Shown here: piece by piece, positions 59,808 through 64,000 of the stretch
How positions within the stretch are numbered: the first letter of the stretch is position 1
Layout of the letters: each line of letters opens with the position of its first letter
Source of the DNA: an uncultured Flavobacteriales bacterium
GTDB taxonomy: Bacteria > Bacteroidota > Bacteroidia > Flavobacteriales_D > Luteibaculaceae
Assembly: GCA_964390915.1 (NCBI GenBank)
Contig: CAYMJL010000010.1
Location: forward strand, 5,731 to 69,730
Reading direction: 5' to 3'
Length of the DNA: 64,000 nt
The notes under the pieces: generated by a model
Seen by the model: the letters and a program-made list of their open reading frames with translations, nothing else
What the model was told of the DNA's origin: nothing
The model's database searches: none
Made by a program: the position numbers and the translations under genes

Positions 59808-60485
59808 TTAATTCACAACTAGGTAAACTTTGCGTTCAAAGTAACTGCCCGTCATGCCCGCTTTAGCATTGCCCTTTACCGATTCATCTTTGGTCAGCAT
59901 AACTTGCAAGCTGAGTACAGCATTTTGTGCATTTTCCATTGGTTGAATAGTCATAGGTAAACTAGTAATATGGGCATCTTCATACCCGGCCATAATGTCG
60001 CCAACCAAGCGACACGACATGGGTAAATTAACTTCCCAATTGGGCGCAAATTTTGACAATGAACTTTTGCCTATGGTAGTTGGGTCAATATACAGCCACG
60101 CATTTCTATAGGAAGCAGGTATCGTTTTGTTCTTCCTGCTTCCAATAACGGTTAATACCGTTTTCTGTTCGCCCTTTTTCGCTTCAATTAAAAAAGTTCC
60201 ATCGGCTTGTTTTAGCGATTTTTTAGTGTCCTTGTCAATAATATCAACAATGGTGTTGGCATCATCTTTCCATGGACCACTATTACTATGACAGCTCAGG
60301 CAACTGGTTGAATTGCTTAAAATTCCAACGCCCGGCGGGTAAGCATGGGCTTTATTAATACCAAATAAGGGAGGGCTTTGTGCGACACCAAATTCCGGGT
60401 GGTAGCTTGTTGACCCGGTGGTTAGAACAGCAGCAGTAACAATGATACCGCCAATAAGTAGTAACATACTAATTTTTGCCTTCAT
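59808..60485 (-). CDS. hypothetical exported protein with a single CXXCH heme-c motif
   Basis: 225 aa with an N-terminal transmembrane/signal helix. The CLSCH motif is encoded at 60288-60302. Confidence 0.5.
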   Translation of the reverse strand: MKAKISMLLLIGGIIVTAAVLTTGSTSYHPEFGVAQSPPLFGINKAHAYPPGVGILSNSTSCLSCHSNSGPWKDDANTIVDIIDKDTKKSLKQADGTFLIEAKKGEQKTVLTVIGSRKNKTIPASYRNAWLYIDPTTIGKSSLSKFAPNWEVNLPMSCRLVGDIMAGYEDAHITSLPMTIQPMENAQNAVLSLQVMLTKDESVKGNAKAGMTGSYFERKVYLVVN

Positions 60486-60776
60486 GATTTAACGTTTTTG
60501 AGTATTAATAATAAGTGGTTCGGTTCTGCCGAAATCGGTAGACCATAATCAAGTAGCTAAAAACAACTTGAATCTAAACGTTGATAGGATGAAAATTAAA
60601 CATTTTTGGTTGCTTTTGCTTAAACCAAAGTCAAAACCCATTTCTAGATGAGAAATGGAATGAATCTGCGGAGAAAGGAATAATCGCTTAATGGTGATGA
60701 ACTTGCATCTTACCTTTTTCTAGCTAGCTTTATAGGACAAAACAAAGCTAAACCAAATTCCGATTTATAGCCCTAC

Positions 60777-62282
60777 ATGAACACCACCAAATACCGAGAA
60801 TTAAGAATAAAGAACCTAGGCATAGACACCTACCACGAAAACATCATTTTTATGCGTGCCGACTGCCATCTCTGTGTTTCAGAAGGTTTTACGGCTTTAA
60901 CCCGAATTGTTGTTAACTCGAATGGACTTAGCATAATTGCCACTATAAATGTGGTACACTCCGACATTATTGCCCCCGGAGAGGCCGCCCTTTCTACCGA
61001 AGCCATTAAGCGGCTGAATGCTTCCGAAGGCGATATTATTACTGTTTCGCATTTGCAACCCATTCCGTCGGTAGGTTTAGTTAGGGCCAAAATGTACGGA
61101 AAGGAATGGACGGACGCCGAGTTGGAGGAAATCATTACCGACATTACCAACGGACAATATTCGAACATTGAGTTGGCTGCTTTTATAACCGCCTCGGCCG
61201 ATGAAAACCTGACCATAAATGAAATAATCGGCTTAACCCGCGCCATGATTAAAACGGGCAAAAGGCTAAGTTGGAACAAACACGCCATTTATGATAAACA
61301 TTGCGTGGGTGGCTTGCCTGGCAATAGAACCACACCAATTGTGGTAAGCATTGTAGCCGCTGCCGGACTTAAAATTCCGAAAACCTCTTCGCGCGCCATT
61401 ACCTCACCGGCCGGTACAGCCGATACCATGGAGGTAATGACCAATGTGGAGTTAACGATGGCCGAAATGAAGCAAGTAGTAGAAAAAGAAAACGGTTGCT
61501 TTGTTTGGGGTGGCTCGGTTAACCTTAGTCCAGCCGACGATATCCTGATTTCGGTTGAAAAAGCACTGGATGTGGATAGTGAAGGTCAAATGATTGCCTC
61601 GGTTTTGTCGAAAAAAGCAGCTGCCGGATCTACGCACGTCATTATCGATATTCCGGTTGGGAAAACGGCCAAGGTGCGCACACCCGAGGATGCGCAAAAA
61701 CTTAAATCGCATTTCGAACTGGTTGGCAAGGCCATCGGTATTCAGGTAAAATGTATCATTACCGAAGGTACCCAGCCAGTGGGTAGGGGAATAGGGCCCG
61801 CACTGGAAGCCATGGATGTATTGAATGTGTTGCGCAACGAGCCAGACGCACCAGCCGATTTACGTGAGCGAGCGTTAGTGGTTGCCGGAGAATTGCTGGA
61901 ATTGGCCAATGTTGCAACCCAAGGCCACGGTGCTCTGGCTGCCGAAAAAATACTTAACTCAGGTGCAGCTTATAGTAAATTCATAGCCATTTGTAATGCA
62001 CAGGGTCGTTTTGTTGAACCCGAATTTGCGGCCCATAAGCATGCTATTTTGGCAAAATCAACTGGTACTGTGGTAGAAATAGACTGTCGAAGGTTGGCCA
62101 AATTGGCAAAACTTGCCGGTGCGCCAAAGGCACAAAAGGCAGGCATTCTCTTTTTATCGCCGTTGGGTACAAAAGTAAAAAAGGGCGAGGTGCTTTTTAT
62201 TATTTATGCCCAGGCACAGGGAGAACTTAATTACGCATTGGACTACTACCACGACCAACCCGAAATAATACACATTGCATGA
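60777..62282 (+). CDS. thymidine/AMP phosphorylase-family protein (long 'putative thymidine phosphorylase' type)
   Basis: 501 aa with an N-terminal extra domain. It also has the glycosyl-transferase family 3 motif DKHCVGGLPGNRTT and a C-terminal PYNP domain. Confidence 0.86.
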   Translation: MNTTKYRELRIKNLGIDTYHENIIFMRADCHLCVSEGFTALTRIVVNSNGLSIIATINVVHSDIIAPGEAALSTEAIKRLNASEGDIITVSHLQPIPSVGLVRAKMYGKEWTDAELEEIITDITNGQYSNIELAAFITASADENLTINEIIGLTRAMIKTGKRLSWNKHAIYDKHCVGGLPGNRTTPIVVSIVAAAGLKIPKTSSRAITSPAGTADTMEVMTNVELTMAEMKQVVEKENGCFVWGGSVNLSPADDILISVEKALDVDSEGQMIASVLSKKAAAGSTHVIIDIPVGKTAKVRTPEDAQKLKSHFELVGKAIGIQVKCIITEGTQPVGRGIGPALEAMDVLNVLRNEPDAPADLRERALVVAGELLELANVATQGHGALAAEKILNSGAAYSKFIAICNAQGRFVEPEFAAHKHAILAKSTGTVVEIDCRRLAKLAKLAGAPKAQKAGILFLSPLGTKVKKGEVLFIIYAQAQGELNYALDYYHDQPEIIHIA

Positions 62283-63160
62283 CGGCCACAGAAAATATAT
62301 TATTTGCCCTTCCGGGAAATGACCAATTCACTCGTTTACTAGCCAGTAAAACAGGTTTTGATATTGGTGAGATGGAGACTCGACAATTCCCCGACGGAGA
62401 AACCTATTTGCGGGTCAACTCAACCGTTACGGGCAAAAAGGTAACCTTGGTCTGTACCTTAAGTCAGGCCGATGAAAAACTGCTGCCGCTGTATTTTCTT
62501 ACAAAAACTTTACTGGAGCTGGGCGCAAAGCAAATTACCTTGGTAGCTCCTTACTTGGGCTACATGCGCCAGGACATTCGTTTTTTACCCGGTGAGGCCA
62601 TTACCTCCAATTACTTTGGCGAACTGCTTTCTGGCTTTCTGCATAACTTAATTACCGTTGACCCGCACCTGCACCGGTACACCGCGTTGAGTGAAGTTTA
62701 CACCATACCCAGCACCGTTTTGCACGCCACCGGACACATGGCCAATTGGATTCACCAAAACGTTGAAAATCCTATCCTAATTGGCCCCGATAGCGAGAGC
62801 AAGCAATGGGTTTCGAAAGTGGCTCACTTGGCCAAAGCACCTTACCTGGTTTTGGAGAAAATAAGGCACGGAGATACAGATGTAGAGGTTTCTGTGCCCG
62901 AATTAGGGAAGTATCTACAGCACACCCCGGTGTTGGTCGATGATATAATTTCTACCGCTCGTACCATGATTGAAACGGTAGGTCATCTTAAAAATGCCGG
63001 CATGAAACCACCCGTTTGTGTAGGTGTGCACGCGATTTTTGCTGGAAATGCCTATCAAAACCTAATGAATGCTGGCGTACGCCAAGTAATTACCAGCAAC
63101 ACCATCGAACACCCGTCGAACGGAATCGATATTAGCGATTTGGTTGCGGGAAATTTGTAG
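62279..63160 (+). CDS. ribose-phosphate pyrophosphokinase-like protein
   Basis: 293 aa with RQFPDGE, APYLGYMRQD and PRPP-loop VLVDDIISTARTM. ATGA overlap with the upstream gene. Confidence 0.86.
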   Translation: MTATENILFALPGNDQFTRLLASKTGFDIGEMETRQFPDGETYLRVNSTVTGKKVTLVCTLSQADEKLLPLYFLTKTLLELGAKQITLVAPYLGYMRQDIRFLPGEAITSNYFGELLSGFLHNLITVDPHLHRYTALSEVYTIPSTVLHATGHMANWIHQNVENPILIGPDSESKQWVSKVAHLAKAPYLVLEKIRHGDTDVEVSVPELGKYLQHTPVLVDDIISTARTMIETVGHLKNAGMKPPVCVGVHAIFAGNAYQNLMNAGVRQVITSNTIEHPSNGIDISDLVAGNL

Positions 63161-63236
63161 GTAGAGGTTTTTTATGTGGACAATACACATATTGACAATT
63201 TTGAACTTTGATAGTTACAAAAATTAGCAAAAGAAT

Positions 63237-64000
63237 ATGAGGATATCTCCAATTATTGAAGTGAAAGAATTGCTGAAAATTTACCAGAATTCTGATGTAT
63301 TGATTTTCGATGTAAGTAGCAGTAAAAATGCTAAAACCAACTACGATACTGAGCATTTAGAAAGTGCGTTATTTGTTGACCTAAATACTCAATTAGCAGA
63401 TATTAAAAGTGACTTTTCATTAGGTGGACGGCATCCACTACCAAGCATAGAAAATTTTGCTAAAACTTTGACCAATATAGGAATCACTAAAAACAAGCAT
63501 ATTGTAATTTATGACGACAATAATGGCTCAAATGCTTCGGCAAGATTTTGGTGGATGCTAAAATCATGTGGACACGAAAAAGTTCAAGTATTAAACGGTG
63601 GACTAAATCAAGCTAAAGAAAATAATTTTCCTTTGAGTTCAACGGCGGGAATTATTAAAAGAGCTTCTGAAATATATCAAATTGACGCATGGAATTTACC
63701 AACAATCGAAATTAACGCGGTGGAAAGTGTAACAAAAAAACCGAATTACTTAATTGTGGATGTTCGAGACAAAGAACGATATGAAGGGAAAACTGAACCA
63801 ATTGATTTAATCGCAGGACACATTCCAGGAGCAATAAATATACCTTTTACAGAAAATCTAAACCATAACGGATTATTCCTTAACCCACACGAATTAAGAA
63901 ATAAATTTAAAGCTCTATTTGGAGATATTAAAGCTGAAAATATTGTCGTTCATTGTGGTTCAGGTGTAACGGCATGTCATACTTTACTAGCATTAGACTA
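63237..64000 (+). CDS. tandem-rhodanese sulfurtransferase (3-mercaptopyruvate/thiosulfate type), 3' end outside the window
   Basis: My own translation from the ATG at 63237 (MRISPIIEVKELL...) runs open to the window edge and contains active-site loop HCGSGVTACH. It is absent from the ORF track because no stop codon lies within the window. Confidence 0.85.
   Translation, partial: MRISPIIEVKELLKIYQNSDVLIFDVSSSKNAKTNYDTEHLESALFVDLNTQLADIKSDFSLGGRHPLPSIENFAKTLTNIGITKNKHIVIYDDNNGSNASARFWWMLKSCGHEKVQVLNGGLNQAKENNFPLSSTAGIIKRASEIYQIDAWNLPTIEINAVESVTKKPNYLIVDVRDKERYEGKTEPIDLIAGHIPGAINIPFTENLNHNGLFLNPHELRNKFKALFGDIKAENIVVHCGSGVTACHTLLALD

Noticed and set aside
60830-61288. 152-aa minus-strand ORF.
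   Set aside because: It is entirely antisense within the phosphorylase gene, has no motifs, and has a shadow-ORF composition.

Overview
The window looks like a Bacteroidota-type chromosomal segment. The supporting signs are long NusB, DUF1573, DUF4139 and DUF5916-like proteins, PUR-like DUF3276, SpoIID, and REP-like PSG/ICG hairpin repeats. It is densely coded with about 60 genes, mostly housekeeping: pfkA, surE, dnaK, panB, an rluA-family gene, priA, lpxB, comEC-like, mpl, a DUF1343/NamZ-like gene, a lolE-like gene, a CBS-domain cysteine/cystathionine synthase, dnaA, ribD, prmC, ligA, dapA, an MsbA-like ABC exporter, Leu/Val dehydrogenase, nusB, yajC and coaE. It contains the dnaA locus, with a 526-bp AT-rich gene-free gap upstream that is a candidate oriC. 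I saw no rRNA, tRNA, CRISPR array, transposase or integrase. I did not find a convincing new multi-gene system. Seven items are most worth a second look. (1) A roughly 190-nt nested inverted-repeat element sits in a 479-bp gene-free gap at 49.5-49.8 kb; it may be a structured RNA or a MITE and matches no RNA family I recognise. (2) Two back-to-back type II toxin-antitoxin cassettes (HigBA-like and VapBC) lie between mpl and the NamZ-like gene, and the vapBC cassette is bracketed by a 27-nt duplication of the NamZ-like gene's 3' end. (3) A tandem array of stem-loop repeats of about 147 nt occupies 56.55-56.94 kb. (4) A compound REP-like palindrome lies at 32.48 kb. (5) Two tandem paralogous lipoprotein genes share a 5' end that is identical at the nucleotide level. 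(6) A translationally coupled gene pair encodes an AMP/thymidine-phosphorylase-family protein and a PRPP-synthetase-like protein. (7) A PlpD-like patatin protein is fused to a beta-rich C-terminal domain. All functional calls come from motif recognition by eye and need database confirmation.
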